A stretch of DNA of 63,876 nt, filler included, from Saprolegnia diclina VS20 (lineage: Eukaryota), in NCBI RefSeq assembly GCF_000281045.1. It is 20 parts of 16 records of this genome, joined end to end, with 100 filler letters (N's around TTAATTAATTAA, not from the genome) between each part and the next. Parts side by side here need not be neighbours in the genome. Positions count along the whole stretch, not along the records: positions 11,707 to 18,067 come from NW_008246310.1; positions 18,168 to 20,712 come from NW_008246311.1; positions 20,813 to 22,910 come from NW_008246311.1; positions 23,011 to 29,062 come from NW_008246312.1; 16 more parts are not named here. One strand, 5' to 3'. Shown piece by piece: positions 12,412-24,846 of the stretch (within the stretch, counting starts at the first letter, position 1; each line of letters begins with the position of its first letter). Position numbers and translations under genes: made by a program. The notes under the pieces are model-generated. The model ran no database searches, was not told the origin of the DNA, and worked only from the letters and a program-made list of their open reading frames with translations.

Positions 12412-14569
12412 ATGTACGCTGCTGTCGACGCAGCCTCAGCGACACCCGGCCACGGGCCCGTGTACACCAGTGTCACCTCCAAGGAAGCCTTGCCCACGAC
12501 CATGACGTTGGTCGAGAGCCTTGCCAAGACCGTTGCCACGTATCCGGACCGGCCTTTCGTCGGGCATCGGCCACTGGACGCCAACAACGTCGCTGGCCCG
12601 TATACGTGGCAAACCTACGCTGAGGTATTCCATCGACTGGATGCATCCATCTGACAACAAAGTGTCATCGGTAGTGCGCCACACGTATCCAAAACTTTGG
12701 GTCCGGGCTCGTTACGCACAATATGCTGGAGCCGACCGACGACGGCCACAAGTTCCTCGGCATTTACATGAAGAACCGACCCGAGTGGGTGCTTTCGCAG
12801 TACGCTGCGTACCACGCCGGCGCGGCGGTCGTGCCCATCTACGACACACTCGGTGTCACCTCCACCGCGTACATCCTCAACCAAACCGGCGTGACCACTG
12901 TCGTCTGCACCTCCGCCGAGCTCGAGAATTTGCTCGCAAAAGCCACGTCGACGACCACGTTGCGCCACGTCATTCTGGCCGATGTCACGACGCTCGAGGC
13001 GGCGATGGCCGAGCGCGCATCGGCGGCGGGGCTTCGGCTCTGGACGCTGCTCGAAATTGAAGCCGCCGGTGCGTCGACGCCCGCGGCGACGGTTCGTGTT
13101 TCGGACGTTTGCGTGCTCATGTATGCTGACGTGTCATAAGTTGTGCTGACGTTCACGTGTAGGTACACGAGTGGCACGACCGGCGATCCCAAGGGCGCAA
13201 TGATCACTCACGGTAGCCTCAACGCAGCGTGTCACGGCATGCTGGAGCGGTTCTGCATGTCGCCGTCCGTGGCCGCCATGTTGAAGGCGAGTCCAAGTGT
13301 GCTCTCCTTTTTGCCGCTCGCGCACGTTGCCGAGCAGGCGCTGGAAGCCACTATGATTGTCCTTGGCGGTGCCATTGGTTTCTATCAAGGCAACACGCTC
13401 AAGCTGCTCGAGGACGTCCAGGCGCTGCGCCCGACGCTCTTCCTCGGAGTTCCCCGCCTCCTGAATAAGATTCACGACAAGGTGACCGAAGGCGCGGCGG
13501 CCGCCGGCGGCATCAAGGCCTGGCTCTTCCAGACCGCGCTCAACACCAAGCTCGCCAACCTCGCCTATGGCCAGACGTCGCACGCCATCTACGACGCGCT
13601 CATCTTCTCCGCGGTATGCTTTCTGTTTGTGGTCGCTGTCGATTTACACGCAACTTTAGCTCAAAGCCAAATTGGGTCTCGATCGATGCGAGCTCTTGGT
13701 GACGGGCGCGGCGCCGCTCCCGGCGCACGTGCTCTCGTTCTTCCGCGTACTTTTGAACTGCACGTGCACAGAGCTGTACGGCATGACAGAGGCGACGAGC
13801 GCCACCAATATGACCGACTACCGCGATCTCGATGCTGGCACCGTGGGGCCGCCTTTGATCTCGGCCGACGTCAAGCTTGTCTCTGTGCCCGACATGGGGT
13901 AAAAATCTTTAGTCGACAGCTAGTGGTCTCACATGCGACTAGGTATAACGTCACCGACACAGTGCATGGTGAAGGCGACGCGGCCATTGCGGTCAAGGGT
14001 CGTGGCGAAGTTTGTATTCGCGGCCCGACCGTCTTTTCTGGGTACTTCAAGGCCCCCGAGAAGACAAAGGAGGCGATCGACGAAGACGGCTGGCTGCATT
14101 CGGGCGACATTGGCGTCTGGACGACCGACGGCCGACTCAAGCTCGTCGACCGCAAGAAGAACATCTTCAAGCTCTCCCAAGGCGAGTACGTGGCNNNNNN
14201 NNNNNNNNNNNNNNNNNNNNNNNNNNNNNNNNNNNNNNNNNNNNNNNNNNNNNNNNNNNNNNNNNNNNNNNNNNNNNNNNNNNNNNNNNNNNNNNNNNNN
14301 NNNNNNNNNNNNNNNNNNNNNNNNNNNNNNNNNNNNNNNNNNNNNNNNNNNNNNNNNNNNNNNNNNNNNNNNNNNNNNNNNNNNNNNNNNNNNNNNNNNN
14401 NNNNNNNNNNNNNNNNNNNNNNNNNNNNNNNNNNNNNNNNNNNNNNNNNNNNNNNNNNNNNNNNNNNNNNNNNNNNNNNNNNNNNNNNNNNNNNNNNNNN
14501 NNNNNNNNNNNNGCGCTGTATGCGGCGAGCGGCGACGTCGTCGCGGGCAAGCAGGTCATGCAGCACTAA
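12412..14569 (+). CDS. Long-chain acyl-CoA synthetase (AMP-binding), spliced, with an internal N gap
   Basis: Motifs [62 protein letters not shown]. Introns near 12625-12674, 13120-13162, 13614-13659 and 13899-13942. Confidence 0.92.
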
Positions 14570-14679
14570 CTTTTATGCAGCAAATAGATAGACAACTGCA
14601 TTTGGCTTGTAGTGTCCGTCGCGCAGTGATATCCAAAAGGTTAGCAATCACTGTACAAAGGAGATAAGGTTAGATAAGG

Positions 14680-15387
14680 TTAATAGTAGTTGAGCGCCAC
14701 GTGCTGCTGGTCAAAGCCTTCAAAGAACGAGTGCGCGTTGGGCGAATCAAAGATCGACACCATGTCTTGAATCGTTGCGAGCTCGTCCGAGCTGCACAGT
14801 TCGAGCATCGCCATGTCGCTGCAGAACGCGTCTTCCACGTCCGAGTCGATGCTCATGCGCTCGTCGTCCGACGAGACCACGCTCATGTCGTCGTCTTCCT
14901 TGGGCAAAGCGCTGGTCGCCGGCGCAGCCATCGCGACGAGCTGGTTGATCTGGCCCGTGAGGTTCGAGATGACCTGCGTGAGGCTGTCGTACTGCGTCTG
15001 CAGGCCCGCGATCTGCGTCTTGAGCGACTGGATCTCCTTTGGGTGCTCGGGCTCGGGCGTCGATTTACGGCGGATCTCCTGCATCAGATGCGGCGCCTCG
15101 CGCGAAAACTTGTCGTGGTGGAACTCCCACCACTCGGCGTCCTCGGCCGCGTCGCCCTTGCACTTGCGGAAGCCGTAAAAGTTGAGCTGCCGCACAAACG
15201 AGAGAAAGTTGTTGTGCTTGAAGTACTTGGGCAGCACCGACGTCGCAAACTGGTGGGGCACATGGATGCGGATCGTCGTGCCATCTTGGTTCCACGTGGC
15301 CACGTCGGACGGCGCCTCCTGGAACATGCGGAAGGTCTTCTGCAGGAAGATCGGCGCCGTCTTGACGGTCGGCTTGAGAGACGCCAT
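14680..15387 (-). CDS. Heat-shock-factor-type transcription factor (235 aa)
   Basis: HSF DNA-binding signature FLQKTF..W..DG..LPKYFKHNNFLSFVRQLNFYGFRK..EFHH..F..IRRK, followed by a coiled coil and an acidic tail. Confidence 0.93.
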   Translation of the reverse strand: MASLKPTVKTAPIFLQKTFRMFQEAPSDVATWNQDGTTIRIHVPHQFATSVLPKYFKHNNFLSFVRQLNFYGFRKCKGDAAEDAEWWEFHHDKFSREAPHLMQEIRRKSTPEPEHPKEIQSLKTQIAGLQTQYDSLTQVISNLTGQINQLVAMAAPATSALPKEDDDMSVVSSDDERMSIDSDVEDAFCSDMAMLELCSSDELATIQDMVSIFDSPNAHSFFEGFDQQHVALNYY

Positions 15388-18300
15388 CGCTCAGTGGGTA
15401 GTATGCAGTACGCGCGCGGCCCAAGAATGAAGTCGGCGGCCAAGCCGCAACCACTGCTCGGCCTGTCTCGCCGAAAATTGTTTTAAACACCTGTATCTTA
15501 CCCATGACGGAGTGTTTTCAACCCACCTTGAAGTGCGTCGCACGCAAAGGTGGCGCAAGTGGCTGTGTAATGATCGATGGAATGACGCCTGTACAAGAGT
15601 AGGCAGTCCTACGTGTAGTGCCTTCACATAGCGTCTCACCTAGAGGCCACGAGGACAGCTCGGAAGCCGCCAGGGAAGCAACGGGATTCTCGCAGGCATA
15701 AACGGAATGTTTACGGCAACATGTCACGCCAACCAGACTCGGTGTCTCTATGACATAGCGTCGGCCAAGCCCTTTCGCAGTGAAGGCCGCGGACGTCCCT
15801 CGCAGAGCACTGACCATGCATCCAAGTGATACGTCCACGAGGCTGCGGACGCGGTCGAGTCGAGTGTCGGAAGTCCGACGACGTTCGCGCGGATGTGGAT
15901 AACGCCGCTGACCACCTGCCTCGGCGCAAGTGCAACATCGCCTGTACAAAACGCATGCTGTTTAAAACACCCTGTTGCGATCGTGTGATTCAATCGTTGC
16001 CGTGTTCGGATTGGTCAAAAAGAATGAAAATGCCACCAATGGCAACGCCTGTGGTACCCAAGCATCTGCGACGACCTGCATTCCGCAGAAAAGACAGCGG
16101 AATGATGGGCGCCAGGACGTCACGCGAATACCGAGGAGCAAGTCGCTTGGTCCAACGAATGGTTACCAATGCGCCACGAAGCAATGCTTCTGCGGCCCAG
16201 GATGCGCGTAATCGACATCGCAGTCGGACCAAGTCGAGAAGCACAAGAATCTCTTCTATAGCGCTGTATTTTGCACGTCATTATGGAGGAAGGGCACGTG
16301 TCGAACGTCGGGGATCATCACCTGAGCGTGTCGCAGTCTTGGTAGTGCCGCAACCACGAGAACTCGCTAGCCTCCGCCGCTTGCAGTCGACTTTTGTATT
16401 CTGCAAGGTTTGGCGGCTTGTGCAGCCTCATTGGCTCATGGCCTGCAGCTCAACATTCAACATTCAACCTCGGTCGTCGGGTGTCGTTGTCGGAGACCGC
16501 TCCAAGCATCCGGAGCCGCCTGACACCAAGACGCGGTATGACCAAAACAACTACTAGTACCAGTACACTCTACTGTAGCTGCGATCGTTCACTGCAGCTT
16601 TGTCGGGTTCCGCTGCCGCAGTCGGTTGGCCACCTCTCGTACGTCATCGCAATGAGAGGACGTATCACTGCAGCGTTGTACACGCGCTGATTGCAGTTGC
16701 CAAAAAGCGCAACTCGTTCGTTCGTGTCACCGAGCACGGCGGCAGTGAATCGATCGCGCTGGTCACTGACCGGCCGCATCTCGACCACGTTGCTCTTCAT
16801 GAACGTGGAGGCCGGTGAAGGCACATCCCGTCACATAGTCATTGGGTGCTATACTGTAGCTTGCTCCTGCGCTCGCTCGCCGACCCTGCCTACGCGGGAT
16901 GCGCGAGACCTAGTTGCTGCGATGATGGCTATGAGGCGGCATCACCGCCGGCGGCGATGGCACAGTGCCCACCGCGACGATCGTCAGTACCAGCGCCCAC
17001 AGCGCAACGGCTGCGTATGGCGCCGTTGCTCGTTGCGCTTCATCAAAGAGCATGGTGCACAAGAGCATGCGCTTTTCGTGCGTGGTAGACGTACCGTGAC
17101 AGCGAGGCTTCGCCTTGGCGCTGGCTCCTTCCTTGGCCAGGAGGGCAGTCCGTGGGCGAAATCGACCAAGACGCTCTATAAGCGCACGCAAGGAGCGTGG
17201 GCCGTAGACGCGCCAGTGCGAGCGGACGGCGCGCTGAGGGATGCTGCCATCGCCGCCGAATCAAGAGGCAATTGACTAAAATCACCGCACCTACGGAGAT
17301 AAACAGCATATAAAACCATCTGTTTAGTATAATGTAATAGTGTTATTGACCCGGCTGACCTCCACGAGACACTTGGAGCACACAAACAAACACAAGCGCC
17401 AAAATCAGGGTAGCTCCTACCTGTATAAAGATACACGACATTATGTACAAGGCGTTGCCGCTGTTAACGGCAGGAAATGCTTGCGAAAACTTTTCATTGT
17501 TTTTTCGGGGGGCGAAATCAACGCCTATTTACTATTGAAGTTTTCACCTGGTTCGAGAGCTCGAACGGCGACAAGTGAGGCCGCCACAGTTGGTTTTGCG
17601 TGTTGACTCAGACTGGAACCCATGCTTGGGACGTGATTGCTGCTTGGGCGCACACATCAACGCCGTATCGTCGGGCACCGCATTGCACAATCTTTAATGC
17701 ATTATTTCGAGTGCAATTTGGTCATCGCCGCGGAAGCAAAGGACGTGATCTCTCTCAATATGCTTTGGCAAGTATGTTCCATCGGCCTAGAGACGTTGCA
17801 GTGTGCGATGCGGTGCCACACGAAGAGCCCTCTATTTACTACAGTATTTACAATGACACACTATTAGTGGTTTTTGTAAAATAGTGGTGACAAAGCGATT
17901 TGATTGGTGGTTGATGCATATTTTTGGCCAATCACAGATGATAGAGTTCGTGGGGCGCCGTGCTAGGGGCCGAGTTGCGCGCAGTATGTTTGAAAATGAA
18001 GTCGCTCATATTTGGCAGGTATATAGAAGACACTTTGTAGAGGAGAGCGTGCTATGCCACGTCGCCGNNNNNNNNNNNNNNNNNNNNNNNNNNNNNNNNN
18101 NNNNNNNNNNNTTAATTAATTAANNNNNNNNNNNNNNNNNNNNNNNNNNNNNNNNNNNNNNNNNNNNTGCTCAGATATCTGACCGTTTATATAATAGGGG
18201 AGAGAGACACCGACCGAGCACATAGAACCAACGCCGCACGGAGCGTAGTAACAGGCGAGAGCGGCGGAGGACCGGGGAGTGACAGGACTTTGTGATAGCA

Positions 18301-19782
18301 GTTCTTTAAAGTAAAGAGATCAGTGTCCACTCTCCTCGAGGGCACTAAGAACGGACGAACCGACCTGAGGCAAATTGGACTAGGCGGCAAAGCATAACTG
18401 ATCCGAGCAAAGTGACCGCTTTCTTGTCATATTGGCATCGAATTATATTTCTATATATATGAACGTGTTCCGCGTTATCTTCATTATGACACAAAGACTT
18501 CGCATACGTAGCGCTACGCCAGAATGCGTGGGAGTTGGCTCCAGCACTTGGTCGTTGGGAGTGAGCTACGTACGGAGAGATTCATCCCGTGGTGGACCCC
18601 ACTCGCCGAGTTATAGCTCGCGCGAGGTCGTATTTCTGCTACGCTATCTCAATGTTTTGTGCAGGACACCATCCTGTTTAGGTTCCGGTTGTTTGGCGTC
18701 TTTTTCTGGTAAAGTTCATTTTTTTTCTTTGATTGCTTGTTGCTATATTGTTAGGCTTCAAACATTCTGTCCAGTTTATTGATGTGCCGCTGTACGAAGA
18801 TAGGCATGAGTCACGGAGTTGCGCAGGCTAAATACATTGGCCTAGGAAGTTCGATCATACACTGCGCAAAAAGCCGAACATAAATAGGTTNNNNNNNNNN
18901 NNNNNNNNNNNNNNNNNNNNNNNNNNNNNNNNNNNNNNNNNNNNNNNNNNNNNNNNNNNNNNNNNNNNNNNNNNNNNNNNNNNNNNNNNNNNNNNNNNNN
19001 NNNNNNNNNNNNNNNNNNNNNNNNNNNNNNNNNNNNNNNNNNNNNNNNNNNNNNNNNNNNNNNNNNNNNNNNNNNNNNNNNNNNNNNNNNNNNNNNNNNN
19101 NNNNNNNNNNNNNNNNNNNNNNNNNNNNNNNNNNNNNNNNNNNNNNNNNNNNNNNNNNNNNNNNNNNNNNNNNNNNNNNNNNNNNNNNNNNNNNNNNNNN
19201 NNNNNNNNNNNNNNNNNNNNNNNNNNNNNNNNNNNNNNNNNNNNNNNNNNNNNNNNNNNNNNNNNNNNNNNNNNNNNNNNNNNNNNNNNNNNNNNNNNNN
19301 NNNNNNNNNNNNNNNNNNNNNNNNNNNNNNNNNNNNNNNNNNNNNNNNNNNNNNNNNNNNNNNNNNNNNNNNNNNNNNNNNNNNNNNNNNNNNNNNNNNN
19401 NNNNNNNNNNNNNNNNNNNNNNNNNNNNNNNNNNNNNNNNNNNNNNNNNNNNNNNNNNNNNNNNNNNNNNNNNNNNNNNNNNNNNNNNNNNNNNNNNNNN
19501 NNNNNNNNNNNNNNNNNNNNNNNNNNNNNNNNNNNNNNNNNNNNNNNNNNNNNNNNNNNNNNNNNNNNNNNNNNNNNNNNNNNNNNNNNNNNNNNNNNNN
19601 NNNNNNNNNNNNNNNNNNNNNNNNNNNNNNNNNNNNNNNNNNNNNNNNNNNNNNNNNNNNNNNNNNNNNNNNNNNNNNNNNNNNNNNNNNNNNNNNNNNN
19701 NNNNNNNNNNNNNNNNNNNNNNNNNNNNNNNNNNNNNNNNNNNNNNNNNNNNNNNNNNNNNNNNNNNNNNNNNNNNNNNNNN

Positions 19783-20712
19783 CTTGATGAAATGACAAAC
19801 GGGTCCAATCCAGCGATCTCATTGGCTGAAACTCCGGCAAAATTCAAAAGCTCCATCAAGCTCCATCAACCATAAAAACTACGAAGTTCGCCCGAACTGG
19901 CTACTTTCATCACTCAGAACGCCAAATGCTCCATCAACAAAAAGGCTGATGAAACGTTTGATGGAAAAACGTGTCAAACGGGTGTCACAGTCGCATGCCA
20001 TCTTATTAGCGATTAAGAATCTCCATAGTGAGCGGCGCAACCATATCTATGTCTTCTTGATAAGCGCCTGCCTTCTTCAAGGCCTCCCGGGCTTAGGCCA
20101 TCTTCTTAATGGCCGCAAACTTTGCGTGCACGAGCTTGGCATCCGCGAGAGTCGACTCCATCGCTAAACGCGCTTTCTCCATAGCTACGCGCTCAGTCTC
20201 CAGGTCGAGGCGTCTTTCCTCGGCGACTAAGCGACCCTTCTCGACGGCGGAAGGATCGCCAGTCAAGCTCGAGAGCGCGGCCATGACATCCTTGCTCTTG
20301 ACGCGCTTCGACGGAGAGGTCGAAACAAAGACCCTACGTTTCCCTTCGTGGTACATGATAGACCCGGCATGCGAACGCTAGCCGTTGTGCGATCAGACGC
20401 CAAAGCACGGGATAAGGCAGGACGCGGGATCGTCGGCGGCGCGCGCTGTATCATCATCTGTCATCAAAGTGGGGTTCAAGCTGATCTTTTTCGATGGAAA
20501 TGTACTCGGCGTCACCCTTTTTTTCGGCACTTCTGAATAGCCAAAAATCGGCGAATTGTTTTTTCATCAAGCCGTTCCATCAAGATTTGATGGCCAACTA
20601 GATCCCCACTATTGAACAGGTTCTGGGTAGACAGTCTATCTTGCAGAAAATTGGAAACTAAAATTTCTCTCGAGTGGTTTTATGCGGACGTCCGCGTGGA
20701 GAGCAATAAAAT
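19783..20712 (-). mobile_element. Probable DNA-transposon remnant (Harbinger ORF1-like coiled-coil tail)
   Basis: Interrupted coiled-coil ORF 20093-20356 (EERRLDLETERVAMEKARLAME), flanked by repeated CCATCAA/TTGATG motifs in both orientations. Confidence 0.3.
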
Positions 20713-20812
20713 NNNNNNNNNNNNNNNNNNNNNNNNNNNNNNNNNNNNNNNNNNNNTTAATTAATTAANNNNNNNNNNNNNNNNNNNNNNNNNNNNNNNN
20801 NNNNNNNNNNNN

Positions 20813-22910
20813 CAATGAACCTCGCGGGGCTTCGACCGCACGCTGCACAAATGACGGAGCACAAGCTGCAGGCTTTTACTTCTGTGTGCGAGTTTTGCGA
20901 AGCGCGCCTTATGCCATCCGGGGTGTGTACAAGCTTGGCTCACCGTGCTTCAGCAATGGAAAGATCGGCGTCGAACATGCGTGCGAATCCCAGCGTTACT
21001 TACTTTCCTGCAAGCTACAAAAATCACACACGCCTTGCTGCAACAGCGATGCCATCGGTGTCTACCATCCACGCTGGCCTACAAGCTGAAACTTGGCCTC
21101 TCACGCTGCTGATGTGACTTCTGTTCAGATACCTCTCTGAAGCGTCAATGGCCTCAACTGCTTTGACCGATACGCGGTGCCACTACGCACCAAGAGCTTT
21201 GTGTATTTTTGAGGCTCTATGCGACATCAATGGTCTTATGCGCTCACACGGCCTAGATTCCTCGCTGGTTTCCTACCATGTCGCAGCTCCACGCGTATCG
21301 CGAGATCTTGGACGTTGCTGTTTAGGATCCTACGCGCAACCGCTTACTCGAGATCGAGCGATTCTACGCTCACGATGTACTACAAGAAACTCAAATCGTG
21401 CGATAAAGCCATTCTCGCAGTGTTTAACTCTAGAGGGCCTTGCTCCTCCAACCCCGAACAACGCGCTGTTTTCGACGCCGTATGCCACGAGCTCAATCTG
21501 CCTTCTTGTCATTGTAGACGTCACGCCTTTTTGTGTAGCGAAGGTTCCGGAAAAAAAATGTGTCGAACCTTCTGCTTGCATGGTGTCGGTCCGAAGACCG
21601 TGTCGCGATTGCTGTTGCATCTACAGGCCTTGCAGCGCTCACACTTCACGGTGCTCACTCGTGGTTCAAGATTCCTATGGCTGTCAACGACAACACTATT
21701 CTCGGTAAGCCACCACCTCGCTGCTCTATTTCGCGCGGCCGATTTTTTAGTCTGGGAAGAGCGCTCGATAATCCACAACAACACGATTGACGCCGTCAAT
21801 CGCATGTTGCAAGACATTTGCTCCGAACCGTATCATTATTTCGGCGGCAAGACCTTTCTCTTCTCTGGTGACTTTAAATAAACTTTGCCCGTCATTGCAC
21901 GTGCGTCGCGTCAGGAATTCGTCAATGCGTGCTTGAAGCGGATCAATCCATGGGGAGACGTTACTGCCTTCCACCTCTTCACGAACATGCGCGTTCTTGG
22001 CAACGATGCGCCGTTTACTTCCGTGCTACGTTCCGTCAGCGACAGGTCGTACGGCCGCGACGGCAATGCACGCGGGGTTTTTGGTGAAGAATAAATCTGC
22101 CTACCCGACGACTTCGTCAAAGACAGTGACACTACGCGCGCGCTTACAGACTTGGTTCAGTTCGTCTACCCTGACCTTTCGTCCATACCTATCAATGTGC
22201 TGCCTGTCAGCTTACCTCTCGCAACGAGCGATTTTGGCGCCAAAAAATGATGTTGTCGCTTCCGTCAACGCTATCGTACTGGCGCAAGTGCCAGTAGTTG
22301 AGGAATCACATCATCGTGTCTACACGTCAGCCGATAGCGTTGAACCTCTCGAAGACGAAGTGCCGGCTGGTACGGTTGAAGACCATTCGCATCGATCGAC
22401 AGAAGGCATCAAAGTTTCCATCCAACGTGCAGGCGAGGTAGCGATTGAAGTAGCTCCGGCACGAGACATCGATCCACAAGGAGCTACACGCAACGACGAC
22501 ACCGATCTTCTGCAAGCAGAAACTGCTATCAACTTTCCAGTTGAGTTTATCAACTCCATCAGCATCGCCGGCTTCCCACCGCACCGTCTCCAGCTCAAGA
22601 TGATCGCCACTGTCGTGCTCTTGCGCAACCTGTGCCCAAGACGAGGCTTATGCAATGGAACTCGACTCATGGTTCGCGCTTTGCGAGGTCGATGCATTAA
22701 GGCTACTACTATATTGACAGGTGCGCATGCTGGCGACGTTGTTCTCATATCTCGCATCACGCTTATCACCGACGGTCCGCACAACACACTGCCATTCCAG
22801 CTCAAGCGTCTACAGTTCCCTGTTTGTCTCGCATTTGCGATGACTATTAACAAGTCCCAAGGGCAGACGGTCCCTCGCGTGTTTACCTTCCGGAACCTGT
22901 TTTCGCACCG
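20813..22910 (+). mobile_element. Helitron Rep/helicase pseudogene (PIF1-family helicase)
   Basis: NPEQRAVFDAV, FGGKTFLFSGDF, RAILAPKN, FPVEFINS..GFPPHRLQLK, LLRNL..GLCNGTRL, RLQFPVCLAFAMTINKSQGQT. Stops and frameshifts. Confidence 0.9.
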
Positions 22911-23010
22911 NNNNNNNNNNNNNNNNNNNNNNNNNNNNNNNNNNNNNNNNNNNNTTAATTAATTAANNNNNNNNNNNNNNNNNNNNNNNNNNNNNNNNNN
23001 NNNNNNNNNN

Positions 23011-23567
23011 TGGGCATGGACCCGAAGAGCAACGTCGACCGCCTCGACTGCGAAGACAAGATTGCGGTGGCGCACGACTTTCGCCAAGTGCAGGACGAGG
23101 TCGTTTATAGCTTCTTGTACATCTTTTATATGGATATGCTGTAGGTCGAGGAGTATATCTTCCAGCACGACCTCGGGGCGAGCGACGTGCTCTTGATCTC
23201 GTGGAACATTTCGTCCATCAACCGCATCGTCCAGGCGCTCAAGGTGATGACCAACGCGGTGCCGCACTGGTGCAGCATGAAGACGATGGCCCACGTGACG
23301 AACGATCAGTTGCTCGACGAGCTCATGGCGTACCTCTGCTTTGGCATCGAGCGCGTCGGCCGCGTCATGGTGCTGCCGGAGACGCCCATGGAGTGGCTCC
23401 TTCTTGGGCAGCGCCTCCGCGACATCTCGTACGACCGCTATATGCAGGACTTTGCCCGCGTGCCCGGCGTCTTTCCGCTGGCGACATTCACGCTGGTGCG
23501 CGCGGCGTACTACTCGGCGCTTCCGATGCTTCCGATGCCATTTGGCGCCAACAGCTTGTTTGAGTAA
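23011..23567 (+). CDS. Uncharacterised family copy A (5' truncated; intron 23100-23144)
   Basis: Exons highly similar to 24155-24846, with the intron at the same position but unrelated in sequence. Confidence 0.8.
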
Positions 23568-24154
23568 GCTGTTATCAGTAGCTTGCTGCAAGGAGTAACC
23601 CTAATCACTGACACTGGGTGGTATTTCCACTTGCTCATTTTGCCATACTTGCAGCACAACGTACGAGTGATAGGATATCGTTCATTGCGTCGATGCAAGA
23701 CTAAGCCTCCCAGACCTAGAGGCGGATATAGTGATACTTGCAGCTACTGGCGAATCGTGCGAACGAGCTCCACCGCGGTCAGCCGATCGTTCGGTGCCGG
23801 ACACTGCTCTGGCGCACCCGCGAGTTGCCAGCAGCTGGAGCATACGCTGTTCGAGTACATGATAGACATGGCATATCGCTTGCTATTATGCACAGAGGAT
23901 AGTCACGGGCTGCGCCATTGATACCGTTGCGTGTTCCTTCTAGACCCATTCGGATCCATGATCAACTTGAAGAAGTGCTCAACTTGAAGCCGTTGGTCGA
24001 CGCCGCGTCCCGCAGTCCCTACTGCGTCCCATGGACTTGGCCTGTTCGAGAAGAAACCAACAGGAAAGGGCGCCCTGTCCCAACCATGCAAGACACCGTT
24101 GGAGCTGCTGCTTCGGCGGTTTGACGTCAGATCTGATTTTGCTCCGTTTCGATC

Positions 24155-24846
24155 ATGTCGCTCAACCCCGCCCACGACCGTGATGTGCTCAACAACATGA
24201 CGTACTACGAAGTGTTGAAGCTTGCCAAGACGCACCACGTCAAGAGCAAGAAGCGCCGCATGAGCAAGGCGTATATGATCGACGCGCTTTTGGGCATGGA
24301 CCCGAACAACAACGTCGACCGCCTCGACTGCGAAGACAAGATTGCCGCCACGCACGACTTCCGCGTCGTGCAAAACGAGGTAGGTCTACACAAGCCAGGA
24401 ATCCCATTGAACTATTGCATTAGGTCGAGGAGTACATCTTCCAGCACGACCTCGGGTCGAGCGACGTGCTCTTGATCTCGTGGAACGAAGCGTCGATCAG
24501 CCACATTGCGCAGGCGCTCAAGGTGATGACCAACGCGGTGCCGCACTGGTCCTCCATGAAGACGATGGACCGCGTGACGCACGATCAGCTGCTCGACGAG
24601 CTCATGGCGTACCTCTGCTTTGGCATCGAGCGCGTCGGCCACGTCATGGTGATGCCGGAGACGCCCACGGAGTGGCTCCTTCTCGGGCAGCGCCTCCGCG
24701 ACATCTCGTACGACCGCTTCATGCAGGACTTTGCCCGCGCACCTGGCGTCTTTCCGCTGGCGACATTCACGCTGGTGCGCGCGGCGCACTACACGGCGCT
24801 TCCGATGCTTCCGATGCCCCACGGCATGAAGAACTTGTTTGAGTAA
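24155..24846 (+). CDS. Uncharacterised 215-aa protein with an N-terminal Rho-N/HeH-like motif, copy B (intron 24380-24423)
   Basis: Splicing gives an intact frame of 75+140 codons. LNNMTYYEVLKLAKTHHVKSKKRRMSKAYMIDALL fits the helix-extended-helix pattern. Confidence 0.8.

Noticed and set aside
15500..18067. Many short overlapping ORFs upstream of HSF
   Set aside because: No recognisable domain or consistent codon bias; probably intergenic or heavily decayed sequence.
18168..18890. Possible solo LTR
   Set aside because: No second copy, TG..CA boundary with TSD, PBS or PPT could be established.
18842..19859. Long ORFs spanning N runs (also 25324-26151 and 36613-37770)
   Set aside because: Artefacts of translating through gaps.
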